A DNA stretch of 64,000 nucleotides from an uncultured Thermoplasmatales archaeon (GTDB lineage: Archaea; Thermoplasmatota; E2; UBA202; DSCA01). Positions 40,249-49,949 of the stretch are shown one piece after another. The stretch spans positions 46,459-110,458 of the forward strand of contig CAZESS010000004.1 in assembly GCA_964514975.1 (NCBI GenBank), written 5' to 3'. A model generated the notes under the pieces. It did not search any database. It worked only from the letters and a program-made list of their open reading frames with translations, and had not been told where the DNA came from. A program made the position numbers and the translations under genes. The first letter of the stretch is position 1. The number at the start of each line of letters is the position of its first letter.

Positions 40249-40524
40249 TTATCTCCTCAGTGAACGTAAATTGCGGATGTTGCCCATTCCCTGCCCGACG
40301 ACGTGCCGGTATGCGATGCTCTGGCCCGCGGTGCGGCTTTTCCGCATGATTTTCACGACGTCGCCCTCCCGCGCGCCGATGGCCTGCGCAACCGGGTCGG
40401 TCACCACCATTTTCGGCAGTTCTCCCTTGTCTATGTCGTAGGCCTCGGTGAGCTGCTGTTCCTCCTCCCGGGACAAAATCCTGAAGTAAGGTACCATATC
40501 GTGCTTTAATATGTTGAAATGCAT
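40249..40524 (-). CDS. rpoH: RNA polymerase subunit H (Rpo5)
   Basis: [28 protein letters not shown]...YRHVV. Confidence 0.94.
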   Translation of the reverse strand: MHFNILKHDMVPYFRILSREEEQQLTEAYDIDKGELPKMVVTDPVAQAIGAREGDVVKIMRKSRTAGQSIAYRHVVGQGMGNIRNLRSLRR

Positions 40525-40578
40525 TTCTAACTACCCTCCATTGTTATAGGCGTCGATATTTAAGGTTTTTGGTGGAGA

Positions 40579-40685
40579 CGGGCCTGAGGGGATTTTCGAC
40601 CGGCAGCACGGTGACGCTGCCAACGTTCGAACCCCTGGCCACCTGGTTAAAAGCCAGATGCTCTACCTAGCTGAGCTACAGGCCC
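40579..40685 (-). tRNA. tRNA-Lys(UUU) with 33-nt intron at position 59/60 (40593-40625)
   Basis: Acceptor GGGCCTG/CAGGCCC-G, D arm GCTC...GAGC, anticodon arm CTGG-CTTTTAA-CCAG; removing 40593-40625 restores AGGGG-TTCGAAT-CCCCT. Confidence 0.93.
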
Positions 40686-40829
40686 TCTCTGACCCTCATA
40701 CCATTGTGCCTAATAAATGTTTTGAATATCCGCAAGCGACGCCGGCATCGACGAAAATCCTCTGCTCATGGGGATAACGCGACGGCAAAAAGAAAACCTA
40801 TAAAAGGAAGGGCGAGCATTAATGGGGTG

Positions 40830-41207
40830 ATGGAAGATGGACAGCGGTGGCTGGCGGAGCTGCTGGAAACGGCCGCTGGGGACGACGACGTCATGGCCGT
40901 CATCCTCTACGGCAGCAGCGCCCGGGGAGAACGGGCACGGGACGTTGACATATGTCTCGTGTTGTACCCTGGAAAAACGGCGGATGCCTTTGAAAAAAGG
41001 GTGGAGTATTCGAGGCATGAAAAACTGGACGTACAGGTATTCCAGCAGTTACCCCTGTACATCCGGCGGCGGGTGCTGAAGGAAGGCCAGGTGCTCCTGT
41101 GCAAGGACGAAGACCTGCTCTATGATATCGCTTTCGACGTCATCAGGGCGTTCGAATACTACAGGCCCCGATACGAGGAATACCTGGAGGGTGTCCTCCA
41201 TGGATAA
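40830..41207 (+). CDS. Minimal nucleotidyltransferase (MNT) antitoxin
   Basis: Start 40830; LYGSSARG...DVDIC (GS-DxD) motif; overlaps HEPN gene. Confidence 0.88.
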   Translation: MEDGQRWLAELLETAAGDDDVMAVILYGSSARGERARDVDICLVLYPGKTADAFEKRVEYSRHEKLDVQVFQQLPLYIRRRVLKEGQVLLCKDEDLLYDIAFDVIRAFEYYRPRYEEYLEGVLHG

Positions 41208-41619
41208 AAACAGGATACTGGTGAAACTGGACGAGATAGACGGCTACCTCCGCGAGCTCGACGACGTTGTTCCAGCATCCGTGGAGGAATACAGGGAGAG
41301 CGCGGTCAAACGGAGAGCCTCAGAGCGGCTGCTCCATCTCGCTATCGAGGGAACCATCGACATCTGCGCGATGCTCGTGAAGGAACTCCGGCTCGGCGTG
41401 CCCGGGAAAGAGGAGGATCTGTTCGACAAGCTCTCCGGGCGTGTGCTCTCCGCAGAGATGGCCGACATGCTCCGTGAGATGAAGCGGTTCAGGAACGTGC
41501 TGGTGCACAGATATGGAACCATCGACGACGAAAAGGTGTACAACATCCTCAGCAAACGACTCGTGGACTTTGAAGATTTCAAAAAACAGGTCACCGGTTT
41601 TCTGAAAAAGGCGGGCTGA
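41200..41619 (+). CDS. HEPN (DUF86/HepT-like) RNase toxin
   Basis: Start 41200; ERLLHLAIE and FRNVLVHRY (Rx4HxY). Confidence 0.9.
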   Translation: MDKNRILVKLDEIDGYLRELDDVVPASVEEYRESAVKRRASERLLHLAIEGTIDICAMLVKELRLGVPGKEEDLFDKLSGRVLSAEMADMLREMKRFRNVLVHRYGTIDDEKVYNILSKRLVDFEDFKKQVTGFLKKAG

Positions 41620-41793
41620 CAGCGATGGCAGCGCATTCCCGGGAATAGACTAAAGGCGGGTTTGACCAGGGCGCCATGGCTATTGTAAACCGCCCAATAA
41701 CGTTTACATCTATTTGCTGCCCGCCCTGCACATGCTTCTCTCCGCCCAGAGTGGCATCCGCAAATCTTTAAAGCCCGGCGTGATGCACATGGC

Positions 41794-43554
41794 GTGATAT
41801 ATCTCGGCAAGCTCAAGCTGCGCTGGTGCCATGAGTGCAACGTGCCCGTGCTCGGCGAACGCTGCGGCACCTGCAACGGGGAGACCGAGCAGGTGCGGCT
41901 TACGCCGCCGGGCGACGTCAGGCCGGCCTTCGAGCACGACCGGCGGCTGCTCCGGGAGGTCATCATGCGGCAGTTCGGCATCGCGCTTGTCCCCGACGTC
42001 GTGATTCTCAACGACGCGCCGGCGGTCGACCGAATGGACGAGGTCATCTTTGACGGCGGGGTCGCCGGGACGCTGCGCTATGACATCGAGGAGCGACGCT
42101 ACCGTTTTTTGCCGCGCATCTGGTATGCCAGGCTGCTGGAGCCCGAGCGGGGCTACGTCGTGGCTGACAAGGGGGCGGTGAAGCCCATTCTTGACAGCGA
42201 GAACCTGATGGCGCCCGGGGTGGTCGAGGTGTGCGATGACGTTGCAGATGGAGACGAGGTCGTCGTTTGTAATCCCGATGGAGAGGTCATCGCCGCCGGG
42301 ACCGCCCGCATGGACGCCGGGGAAATGCGTCGCAGCAACCGGGGCATGGCGGTGAAGGTCCGCCGGAAGGGAACTCCCGAGATGGTGCCGCGTGAGCGTC
42401 CATCCTGGGATGACGTGCTGGATGCGAACGCCGACGTCCTGGACGGCATCGTGGGCGAGGCTATATCATTTATCAGGAGCACAGCCGCATCGCATGACAT
42501 GCCCCTGGCCGTGTCGTTCAGCGGGGGAAAGGACAGCCTTGCCACGCTGCTGCTCGTCCGCGAGGCGGGCTATGCACCCCCGCTTTTGTTCGTGGACACC
42601 GGCCTGGAGTTCGAGGAGACCGTCGAGCACGTGCATGGCATAGCAGAGAGGTTCGACCTGCCACTGCACGAGGAGCATGCCGGCGACATCTTCTGGGAAA
42701 CCCTGCCCTTTTTTGGGCCGCCCGCCCGCGACCGCCGGTGGTGCTGCAAGACCTGCAAGCTTGGGCCAACAACGAGGCTCATCGACCGATATTTTCCCGA
42801 CGGTGTGCTCTCGTTCATCGGGCAGCGCCGCTACGAGTCGATGCAGCGCTCCCAGAAGGGACGGGTCTGGCACAACCCCTGGGTGGAGCAGCAGATAGGA
42901 GCGTCGCCCATCCAGCACTGGACGGCGCTGCACGTCTGGCTCTACCTGTTCCGGAAGCAGCGCGACGAGGGTGTCGACTGGAACCCGCTCTATGAGCAAG
43001 GCTTCGCCCGTATCGGCTGCTGGTGCTGCCCGGCGAGCGACCTGTCAGAGTTCGAGCTGCTTGACAGCCGGAGATGGGAGCGCTTTGCCGGATATCTGGA
43101 GCGATATGCCCGGCGGCATGGCTGCAGCGATGCATGGCTCGAGCAGGGATTGTGGCGGTGGCGTGAGCCGCCGGACTGGACGGATGACCCCGGGGAGCAG
43201 ACCCGGGAGCGTGAGCTTGTTGTTGAGCCGGGCGATGAGCGGGTGGTGAACATGCTGACCTGTCTCGGCCCGGCCGAGGCAACCATTGACGGCTACCATG
43301 TCGGTGATATATCCATCGATGTCGGGGAAAACGGTATAGAGGTGTCGCCGTCCGAGCGTGCAGCCGAGGTCAGGGAGACCGTTGACCGGGCGCTCCACTG
43401 CACGGGCTGCGGCGTGTGCGTCGGCCAGTGCGAGGTCGATGCTATCTCCCTGACGGATGGACGTGCCTGGATCGATGACACGGTCTGTCTGCACTGCGGT
43501 GTCTGCAGCGAGCTCTGCCCGGTCGTGGTGTTCGGCCGCCGCGGCTACCGCTAG
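41794..43554 (+). CDS. PAPS-reductase-family protein with PUA and 4Fe-4S domains
   Basis: N-terminal Zn knuckle, PUA (LMAPGV), SFSGGKDS PP-loop, RWCCKTCK, RIGCWCCP, two ferredoxin motifs. Confidence 0.88.
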   Translation: MIYLGKLKLRWCHECNVPVLGERCGTCNGETEQVRLTPPGDVRPAFEHDRRLLREVIMRQFGIALVPDVVILNDAPAVDRMDEVIFDGGVAGTLRYDIEERRYRFLPRIWYARLLEPERGYVVADKGAVKPILDSENLMAPGVVEVCDDVADGDEVVVCNPDGEVIAAGTARMDAGEMRRSNRGMAVKVRRKGTPEMVPRERPSWDDVLDANADVLDGIVGEAISFIRSTAASHDMPLAVSFSGGKDSLATLLLVREAGYAPPLLFVDTGLEFEETVEHVHGIAERFDLPLHEEHAGDIFWETLPFFGPPARDRRWCCKTCKLGPTTRLIDRYFPDGVLSFIGQRRYESMQRSQKGRVWHNPWVEQQIGASPIQHWTALHVWLYLFRKQRDEGVDWNPLYEQGFARIGCWCCPASDLSEFELLDSRRWERFAGYLERYARRHGCSDAWLEQGLWRWREPPDWTDDPGEQTRERELVVEPGDERVVNMLTCLGPAEATIDGYHVGDISIDVGENGIEVSPSERAAEVRETVDRALHCTGCGVCVGQCEVDAISLTDGRAWIDDTVCLHCGVCSELCPVVVFGRRGYR

Positions 43555-44973
43555 CTAGAGCAATGCCTCCTCTATGTGCCGCCGGTTCAGGTGGGAGATA
43601 ACGATGGGTGGCGAGACATGTCCCTCCGGGGTTTCGACCTCGTCGACTTCTTCGACGGTGAGCTGTACCGCGCTGCCGAGCATGTCCTTCTGGTATTCCT
43701 TCCGGATGGCGTCAATGAGCGCGGTTGCCTCGGCGTCGTCGCATCCCCCGGGGAGTATGACCCGTATGTGGATGTCGTCGAGGTCGTGCTGGACGACCTG
43801 GAAGCGCTGTATCGTGATGTCGAACCGCTCGGCGGTGGTGGCGAGGGGCATCGGAAACGTGGCAGGCGGGTAGATGCTGCCGTCCGGCAGGATGATGGCG
43901 TCTTTTTTTCGTCCCTCCAGCTGTTCAAGGAGCGGGGTCTGCATGCCGCAGGTGCCGTGCTGCTCGGCGAGGGCGGCGATGTCGTTGAGGCCGGTATAAC
44001 GGATGATGGGGGTGCCGCCCGGGTAGAGGCGGGTTATCACCATGCTGCCGAATGCGCCCGCCGTCGCCGGAGCGCCGTCTTTGTCGAGGATTTCGACGTG
44101 GACGAAGTCGCTGTTGAGGTGGAATTCCTGGCTGAGGCATTCGAAGGCGATGGAGCCGCCCTCCGTCGTGGCGTAGAGGTCAACGACCGGCGCCTCGAAG
44201 GCCTCCTGGATGTACCGCCTCGAATAATCATCGAGGACCTCGCCGCTTGATATGACGACGCGGGGGGTGACATTGCTGCCGTGGCCGTTTCGTTTGAGCG
44301 TGGCGAGGCCGGTGAGCACGCTGGTATAACCGATGATGAGCTCCGGCTCGAAGCTGTTCATCTGCTCCATGAGAATCCGTGTCTCGTTGCCGGTGTAGAG
44401 GTTCTGGTAGTTGTCCAGCGAGAAAAAAGTGGACAGGTTGCCCAGCAGTCCTTTTTTCAAGGATTCCTCGTCGCTGGTGCCGGGCACCGAGAAGTCCCCA
44501 ATATTGGTTACCCGTGTCTTCCGCCAGTTCATGTCGTAGGCCCGGAGCTGCCGGACGCCTGCGAGCGCTTCGACGGTGATGTATTCCATGTCCTTGTACA
44601 TCTGCATGGGTTGGCCGGAGGAGCCCGAGGTGCCAACCAGGAAGGCGGCATCGGTGTCGTAGCCGGGTGGAACGATATCGTTGGGGAATGCCTCGATGAG
44701 GTCCTGTTTGGTGGTCAACGGGAGCTTCGGCAGGTCATCGACCGTCGTCATGTCGCCGGGTGCAATGCCGGCCGTTCGCCATTTTTTTCGGTATAGGGGA
44801 ACCTTCCAGGCGTAGCGCATGGTGCGCCGGAGTGCTCTGTTCTGGTATCGCCTGAGCTTCTCGGGGGTGACGCGCCATGCCCGGCCGGGGTCCCGGAGAT
44901 AGCGGATGAGCATGCGAAGGGCAAATGCGGGGTTCAGGAAGGGGTTCATCGCCCGTTGAATATCCGGGTTCAT
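43555..44973 (-). CDS. Phenylacetate-CoA ligase / F390 synthetase-like adenylate-forming enzyme
   Basis: LPLTTKQDL, GTSGSSGQP, SSGEVL, DLYATTEGG, PIIRY, EGRKKD. Start 44973 or 44949. Confidence 0.82.
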   Translation of the reverse strand: MNPDIQRAMNPFLNPAFALRMLIRYLRDPGRAWRVTPEKLRRYQNRALRRTMRYAWKVPLYRKKWRTAGIAPGDMTTVDDLPKLPLTTKQDLIEAFPNDIVPPGYDTDAAFLVGTSGSSGQPMQMYKDMEYITVEALAGVRQLRAYDMNWRKTRVTNIGDFSVPGTSDEESLKKGLLGNLSTFFSLDNYQNLYTGNETRILMEQMNSFEPELIIGYTSVLTGLATLKRNGHGSNVTPRVVISSGEVLDDYSRRYIQEAFEAPVVDLYATTEGGSIAFECLSQEFHLNSDFVHVEILDKDGAPATAGAFGSMVITRLYPGGTPIIRYTGLNDIAALAEQHGTCGMQTPLLEQLEGRKKDAIILPDGSIYPPATFPMPLATTAERFDITIQRFQVVQHDLDDIHIRVILPGGCDDAEATALIDAIRKEYQKDMLGSAVQLTVEEVDEVETPEGHVSPPIVISHLNRRHIEEALL

Positions 44974-45172
44974 ATTAATGTTGCGTCCATGCCGGGGAAA
45001 GCACCTGGATGGGCAGGGGAGGCATAAAAAATGATGCAGCGGACGCATTTTTTCCTGCCCATCCGGGTATGGATTTCACTGGCGCCCGCTCATCCGTTTT
45101 TCACATCTACAACGCACAACGCATATATATAATTTTCCCTTTTTGCTAACGTTTTGTAAGCAAATAGTGTCG

Positions 45173-45607
45173 TTATGGAAGGTCGTACAGCCCCGCCAAA
45201 CGGGCATTTTCCTTCACCGACAGGCCGGCATCACCGACCACGAGCAGCGCCACGATATCCCCGCCTGCCTCCACCGTCCGGGCCGGAACACAGGCGCCAG
45301 CGTCAAGGAGCCGGGGCAACGACCGGAGCAGCGCACGTCCCACGGTCAGCCGCTCGTTGAACACCACGCGGTACACGCCCCCGTCGAGCGTCCACCAGCC
45401 ATAGTCATCGCCGGGCCGGCGTTTCTCTGGCATTATTTCCTCAGCCGGGGCAGCACGGTACTCGCCGCCGCCAAAGTCAAGATGGCCTTGTCCCGTCAGC
45501 TGCCATATCTCCGCCGCGGTCAGGTCAACCCGGCGGTCATGCACCTGCGTCTTCCCATGGATGGTGCCCTTCAGAGCCTCAAACAGGTCCGAACCATCGC
45601 GAGTCAT
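45173..45607 (-). CDS. dCTP deaminase / trimeric dUTPase-like protein
   Basis: VDLT, LDFGGGEY, WWTLDGGVYRVVFNE, ENARL motifs. Confidence 0.72.
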   Translation of the reverse strand: MTRDGSDLFEALKGTIHGKTQVHDRRVDLTAAEIWQLTGQGHLDFGGGEYRAAPAEEIMPEKRRPGDDYGWWTLDGGVYRVVFNERLTVGRALLRSLPRLLDAGACVPARTVEAGGDIVALLVVGDAGLSVKENARLAGLYDLP

Positions 45608-45686
45608 GGTATCATTTCATATCAAGGCGGAGACATAAAAATGTTTCACACCAAACCACATAAACCCCCGGCAGCGTTTCCATCAC

Positions 45687-46178
45687 ATGAACATCTTCGT
45701 CACCGGCGCACCCGGCTGCGGCAAATCCACCCTGATACAGCAGCTCAAACAGCAGATGGAAAACCGTAGCATCGCCGGCATCGTCACTCCGGAACTCAGA
45801 AAAAACGGCACACGACACGGATTCAAGCTCGTAGACATCGCCACCGGCGAAGAAGCGGTGCTGGCCTCCAGGGACATATCCCCGGCGGTCATCGGCAGAT
45901 ACGGCGTCAACCTGGCGAGCATCGACCACATCGTCAACCTGTTTCTGCGCTCCGCCGAGCAGGCAGATGTCATCCTCCTCGACGAAATCGGCCCCATGGA
46001 GCTCCGGTCCCTTCGCTTCAAAGAAGCAGTCCGACAGGTGCTGGAGATGGAGCAGCCCGTGGTGGCCACGCTTCACCGCCGCCTGACAGACCGATATGGA
46101 GAGCACGGCAGGGTGCTCAGGCTCACCCGCGACAGCTTCGACGAGGTGAAACAAAACATCCTCCACAGGCTCGGGTGA
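45687..46178 (+). CDS. THEP1-family NTPase
   Basis: IFVTGAPGCGKST, LLDEIGPMEL, VATLH. Confidence 0.9.
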   Translation: MNIFVTGAPGCGKSTLIQQLKQQMENRSIAGIVTPELRKNGTRHGFKLVDIATGEEAVLASRDISPAVIGRYGVNLASIDHIVNLFLRSAEQADVILLDEIGPMELRSLRFKEAVRQVLEMEQPVVATLHRRLTDRYGEHGRVLRLTRDSFDEVKQNILHRLG

Positions 46179-46193
46179 TGAGCCACCTGGCGG

Positions 46194-46739
46194 TTACAGC
46201 GACCCGCGGTAGCGCTCCCATTCGCTAAACAGGCAGCCGCAGTATTTTTGCCGGTACAGGCCATACTGCATGGCGATGGCCTTCCCCTGGTCCCAGCCCT
46301 CCCGGAAATCCTGGTAATGAAACGGCACCCCGTAGCGCCCGGCGAGCTCCTCACCGATATCCCTGACGGCGTCATGTTGCTGATGATGGGACACGAGCAG
46401 GGTAGAGGTGAACGCGTCAAAACCGTTGTCGGCGGCATGCTCCGCCGTGGCATCGAGACGGATGCGGTAGCATCGCTGGCATCGCTCACGTCGTCCCCCC
46501 TCGCGCATCGCCGACAGCGCCTCCTCGAGATATGGCAGGGGGTCGTAGTCACCATAATGAACCTCGACGTCCTCGAGGGAGGCATATTTTTTGACCGCGT
46601 CCTCCCGTGCATGGTATTCCATGTAGGGATGGACGTTGGGATTGTACCAGAAGCCGACGACCTCGTGGCCGTCCTCCCGGAGCTTCTTGTGGGGAAAGGC
46701 GAAGCAGGGGGCACAGCAGATGTGGACCAGGACTGCCAT
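46194..46739 (-). CDS. queH: Epoxyqueuosine reductase QueH (DUF208) homologue
   Basis: LVHICCAPC, YNPNVHP..EY..R, RCQRCY..RL, FTSTLLVS, YRQKYCGCLFS. Confidence 0.85.
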   Translation of the reverse strand: MAVLVHICCAPCFAFPHKKLREDGHEVVGFWYNPNVHPYMEYHAREDAVKKYASLEDVEVHYGDYDPLPYLEEALSAMREGGRRERCQRCYRIRLDATAEHAADNGFDAFTSTLLVSHHQQHDAVRDIGEELAGRYGVPFHYQDFREGWDQGKAIAMQYGLYRQKYCGCLFSEWERYRGSL

Positions 46740-46777
46740 GGGCTGTCAACGCCACGTCGGTTAAAAAATCTTTCCGC

Positions 46778-48268
46778 CTACTTGAACCGGGAGAGCAGCC
46801 GCCGCATCGCCCCTTTTTCCTCCTCGCCGTTGACGACGGTGGCCGCCCGGCCGCCGTGGCTTGACCTGCGCACCCTGACCTCGACGAACAACGGCGCGTT
46901 GATGGGCAGCCCTGATATAATGGCCATGCCGATGGGCAGGCGCTGTATCTCGTCGGCGGCGCCGCGAGTGAGCCCCTCGACCGAGGCGACGATGGCCTTG
47001 AGGTCGTTGGGGTTGGTGGTCTTCAGCACGATCTGGGTGTTGCACTGGGACACCACGTTTTTTTCCACGCGGGCCGGGCGCTGGCTGACGATGGTGAGCC
47101 CCATGCCGAACTTGCGTCCCTCGGAGGCGATGGTCCGGATGATGTCCGAGGAGACCGCGTTGCCCATCCCCCGCTCGGGGCAGTAGCGATGTGACTCCTC
47201 GATGACGACCATGAACGGCGGGATGTCGCCCTGCTTGCGGCGCTCGAACAGCTGGGTGAGGATGTGCGAGACCACGGCATCCTGGATGTGCTGGGGGACG
47301 CCCCGGAGGTTGAGGATGGAGCATGTTCCCTGCTGCACGAGCGATTCCATCGGTGTCGCATCAGCCGAAAACAGGTTCATCTTGTCGAGCTCCTCGAGCT
47401 GCGGGATGACGTTCCATTTCGCGCTGCTTTTGACCTCTTTCAGGGCCTCGATGATGTCCGGCAGCAGGTAGACGCGCTTGGTTTCCTGCATGTCCTTGAT
47501 GGCCTTGTAGAGGATGCCCTTCTGGACGCCGGTGAGCTTCGAGGGCAGCACGTCGAGGAGGTCGTTCATACCGAGATTGATTTCGTCGATGTGCAATGGG
47601 ATGGCATCGCTTTCCGGGTCGCCACCGGGCGCGTACAGTTCGACCTGTTCGCCGTATCCCCGGGGCTTGACGCCGAAGCGTTTCATCAGCCCGAGCTCCT
47701 CGTCGTCCAGGTTCGGCCGGATGAGCGACGCATATTCTCCATGGGGGTCGACGATGACCACCGGCACGTCATGCTCCATGAGCTCCTCGGTGATGACGCC
47801 GACGGTGTAGCTCTTGCCACTGCCGCTCTTGGCGAGCACCGCGATGTGTTTTTGCAGGAGAGCGTTGATGTCCAGGTAGACGGGGATGTCCATGTCCTTG
47901 AGCCGGCCGAGGTAGGCACCCTGCTCGGGCAGGCCGAGCACCTCACGGACCACCGTCTCGGTTGCCGCATAGACGGGGCTGCCCTGCCGGAACGGCGAGC
48001 GGGGCACGCTGAGCCCACGCGCCGCACGATACCCGATGACGTCGGCCGTCGCAGAGATTTTTTGTTCCTCCTGCTGCGCGTTGCCTGACAGCACGCGCTC
48101 GAAGGAGACATCGGAGACCCGTTTGACCTTGCTTATCTGCGCCAGCACCCGCTGTCCCTCATGCTCGACGTAGACGTAGTCAAGGCGTTTTATCTGCTGG
48201 CCGGATGCAAAGGTAAACGACGTCGACGACGTGTCGCCGTAAATGGTCCCAATCCGCTCCTGCATCAC
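46778..48268 (-). CDS. HerA-like (DUF87) ATPase with N-terminal barrel
   Basis: KHIAVLAKSGSGKSY, IVDPHGEY, IEESHRY, EGRKFG...SQRP, SQCNT. Confidence 0.88.
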   Translation of the reverse strand: MMQERIGTIYGDTSSTSFTFASGQQIKRLDYVYVEHEGQRVLAQISKVKRVSDVSFERVLSGNAQQEEQKISATADVIGYRAARGLSVPRSPFRQGSPVYAATETVVREVLGLPEQGAYLGRLKDMDIPVYLDINALLQKHIAVLAKSGSGKSYTVGVITEELMEHDVPVVIVDPHGEYASLIRPNLDDEELGLMKRFGVKPRGYGEQVELYAPGGDPESDAIPLHIDEINLGMNDLLDVLPSKLTGVQKGILYKAIKDMQETKRVYLLPDIIEALKEVKSSAKWNVIPQLEELDKMNLFSADATPMESLVQQGTCSILNLRGVPQHIQDAVVSHILTQLFERRKQGDIPPFMVVIEESHRYCPERGMGNAVSSDIIRTIASEGRKFGMGLTIVSQRPARVEKNVVSQCNTQIVLKTTNPNDLKAIVASVEGLTRGAADEIQRLPIGMAIISGLPINAPLFVEVRVRRSSHGGRAATVVNGEEEKGAMRRLLSRFK

Positions 48269-48318
48269 CCGTTAAATGCAAAGCCCGCTGTTATAGTTTG
48301 CGATATGCCGCTGTGCCG

Positions 48319-48747
48319 TCACTCGTAATAGACGGGTATGGCGTCCTGCTCGACCATGAGGCGGCTGCCCCTGGTCGCCATGAGCGAAAGATAACGCTTT
48401 TCCTGGAACGGCCGGGTAGGAGATGGGAAGGGAAGACTGACCGTGGCGATTCCATCGGCGTTCGTGGTGCCCTCACCGGCCGAATGGAGGTCATAGATGG
48501 TGACGCTGGCTCCCGTAACTGGTTGCCAGTCGTTCCATGTACCCTCCACCTCGATTGTCAGGTGCGATGGATGACTCATGCTGTACTGGAAAAAACTGTC
48601 CGTGCTGACATTGTTTATCCGCACGACGCGCGCCGTCAGCTCTCGTGGAAGATCCGGCCTAAAGGTTACAGAGGGAGCAACCCGGGCGACAGCAATCGCG
48701 ATGAACGCCACGGCGATGACAAGAGCGAGCCACCGTTTCCACCGCAT
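48319..48747 (-). CDS. Hypothetical protein with N-terminal signal/TM segment
   Basis: MRWKRWLALVIAVAFIAIAV then PVTGASVTI...TTNADG (Ig/prealbumin-like motif). Confidence 0.55.
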   Translation of the reverse strand: MRWKRWLALVIAVAFIAIAVARVAPSVTFRPDLPRELTARVVRINNVSTDSFFQYSMSHPSHLTIEVEGTWNDWQPVTGASVTIYDLHSAGEGTTNADGIATVSLPFPSPTRPFQEKRYLSLMATRGSRLMVEQDAIPVYYE

Positions 48748-48823
48748 CGACAGATAAGCAAGGCGGGATTAATAAAGCTATCTCCCAGCGGTATCCGTCG
48801 TTGACGTCATGCAAATCTCCCGT

Positions 48824-49306
48824 TCAAAGACCCGTCAGCAGCGATGCCAGCTCGCCGGGGCTGGAGACCATACAAAAATCCTCCTGCATGGCAGATGCAA
48901 CGGCATCGGCCAGACGTTCCCGGACGACGACAACAGCGTGCGGCGCATGCCGGAGTGCAAAACGAGCTGGAGGCATCAATCCGTCGTGGCGGAGCTCGAG
49001 CGGGCCGAGCTCGTCGACGATGGTAAGCTGCCTTGTCATTGAACCACGATAAATCGCCTGCCGGGCATGCCTGATGCCGGACCGGCGGAGCCGGTAGCGT
49101 CCCACCGGGATGCCATCTCCATGCATCCTGGCCAATGGTACCGTCACGCCGGTGGCAACATCGAGTGCGTCCATCCCTATCTTGTCGCCATTCCGAAAGA
49201 AGGGCAGCGTGATGACGCCGCCGCAGGCAATGTCGAGCGATGGCACGAGACCATGCAAAAACGTGCTCTTTCCGCTGCTCCGTCGTCCCGCATAGAGGAT
49301 GTTCAT
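48824..49306 (-). CDS. THEP1-like NTPase (second, divergent)
   Basis: Start 49306 (ATGA overlap with upstream gene); YAGRRSSGKST, IVDELGPLEL, VVVRE. Confidence 0.8.
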   Translation of the reverse strand: MNILYAGRRSSGKSTFLHGLVPSLDIACGGVITLPFFRNGDKIGMDALDVATGVTVPLARMHGDGIPVGRYRLRRSGIRHARQAIYRGSMTRQLTIVDELGPLELRHDGLMPPARFALRHAPHAVVVVRERLADAVASAMQEDFCMVSSPGELASLLTGL

Positions 49307-49947
49307 AACAGCAGGATGCCGATCCAGCACAGGACGGAGACAGCCGAGGCCATCGGATAATAGACCTCCTTTCTCACCGAGGCGATACGCTCCGAGAGAT
49401 TCGCTGGCAGCGCCAGCAGCGCGGGCAGCGTCGCACCGGCAAGCAGGCCGGCCAATGTGGCATGGGAGAGCGCCCGGGGCAGCAGCGCCGCGGCGTCGGC
49501 CAGGATGAGCGGACCACCGGCCACGACGGGAGTGAGCATCTGCGTCGCCATGTAGCCGACGGCGTACATCGTGTAGCCGGAGATAACGCCCATGCCGATG
49601 CGCATCGACGGGCTGTCAAGGCGGTCGATGCGGAGGCGCGGGCTACGCCAGATAATCTCGAAGATGGCACCCTCGACGGCGATGGCGATCGCCGAGCAGA
49701 GCATGCAGCCACCGACGGGATGCATGTATTTCAGGGCGCCAGCGAGCGCGCCCATGCCGAGCTGCATGCCCGGCTGCCGGTACATGACCCGGGTTGCGGC
49801 CATCAGACCGAAGCCCACCAGACCGGTCATGATTGAGCCGGCGGGTAGCGACGTGCTGTACAGTGCGTCGCCGAGTGCGCATTCGAGCAGTCCCCAGATG
49901 GAGCCAAACAGGACGATGCCCGTTATCAGATGTAGGTTTTGTTTCAT
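49303..49947 (-). CDS. Integral membrane protein, possibly ECF S-component-like
   Basis: Start 49947; ~6 TM helices, FGSIWGLLE motif; translationally coupled to the NTPase. Confidence 0.6.
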   Translation of the reverse strand: MKQNLHLITGIVLFGSIWGLLECALGDALYSTSLPAGSIMTGLVGFGLMAATRVMYRQPGMQLGMGALAGALKYMHPVGGCMLCSAIAIAVEGAIFEIIWRSPRLRIDRLDSPSMRIGMGVISGYTMYAVGYMATQMLTPVVAGGPLILADAAALLPRALSHATLAGLLAGATLPALLALPANLSERIASVRKEVYYPMASAVSVLCWIGILLL

Positions 49948-49949
49948 GG

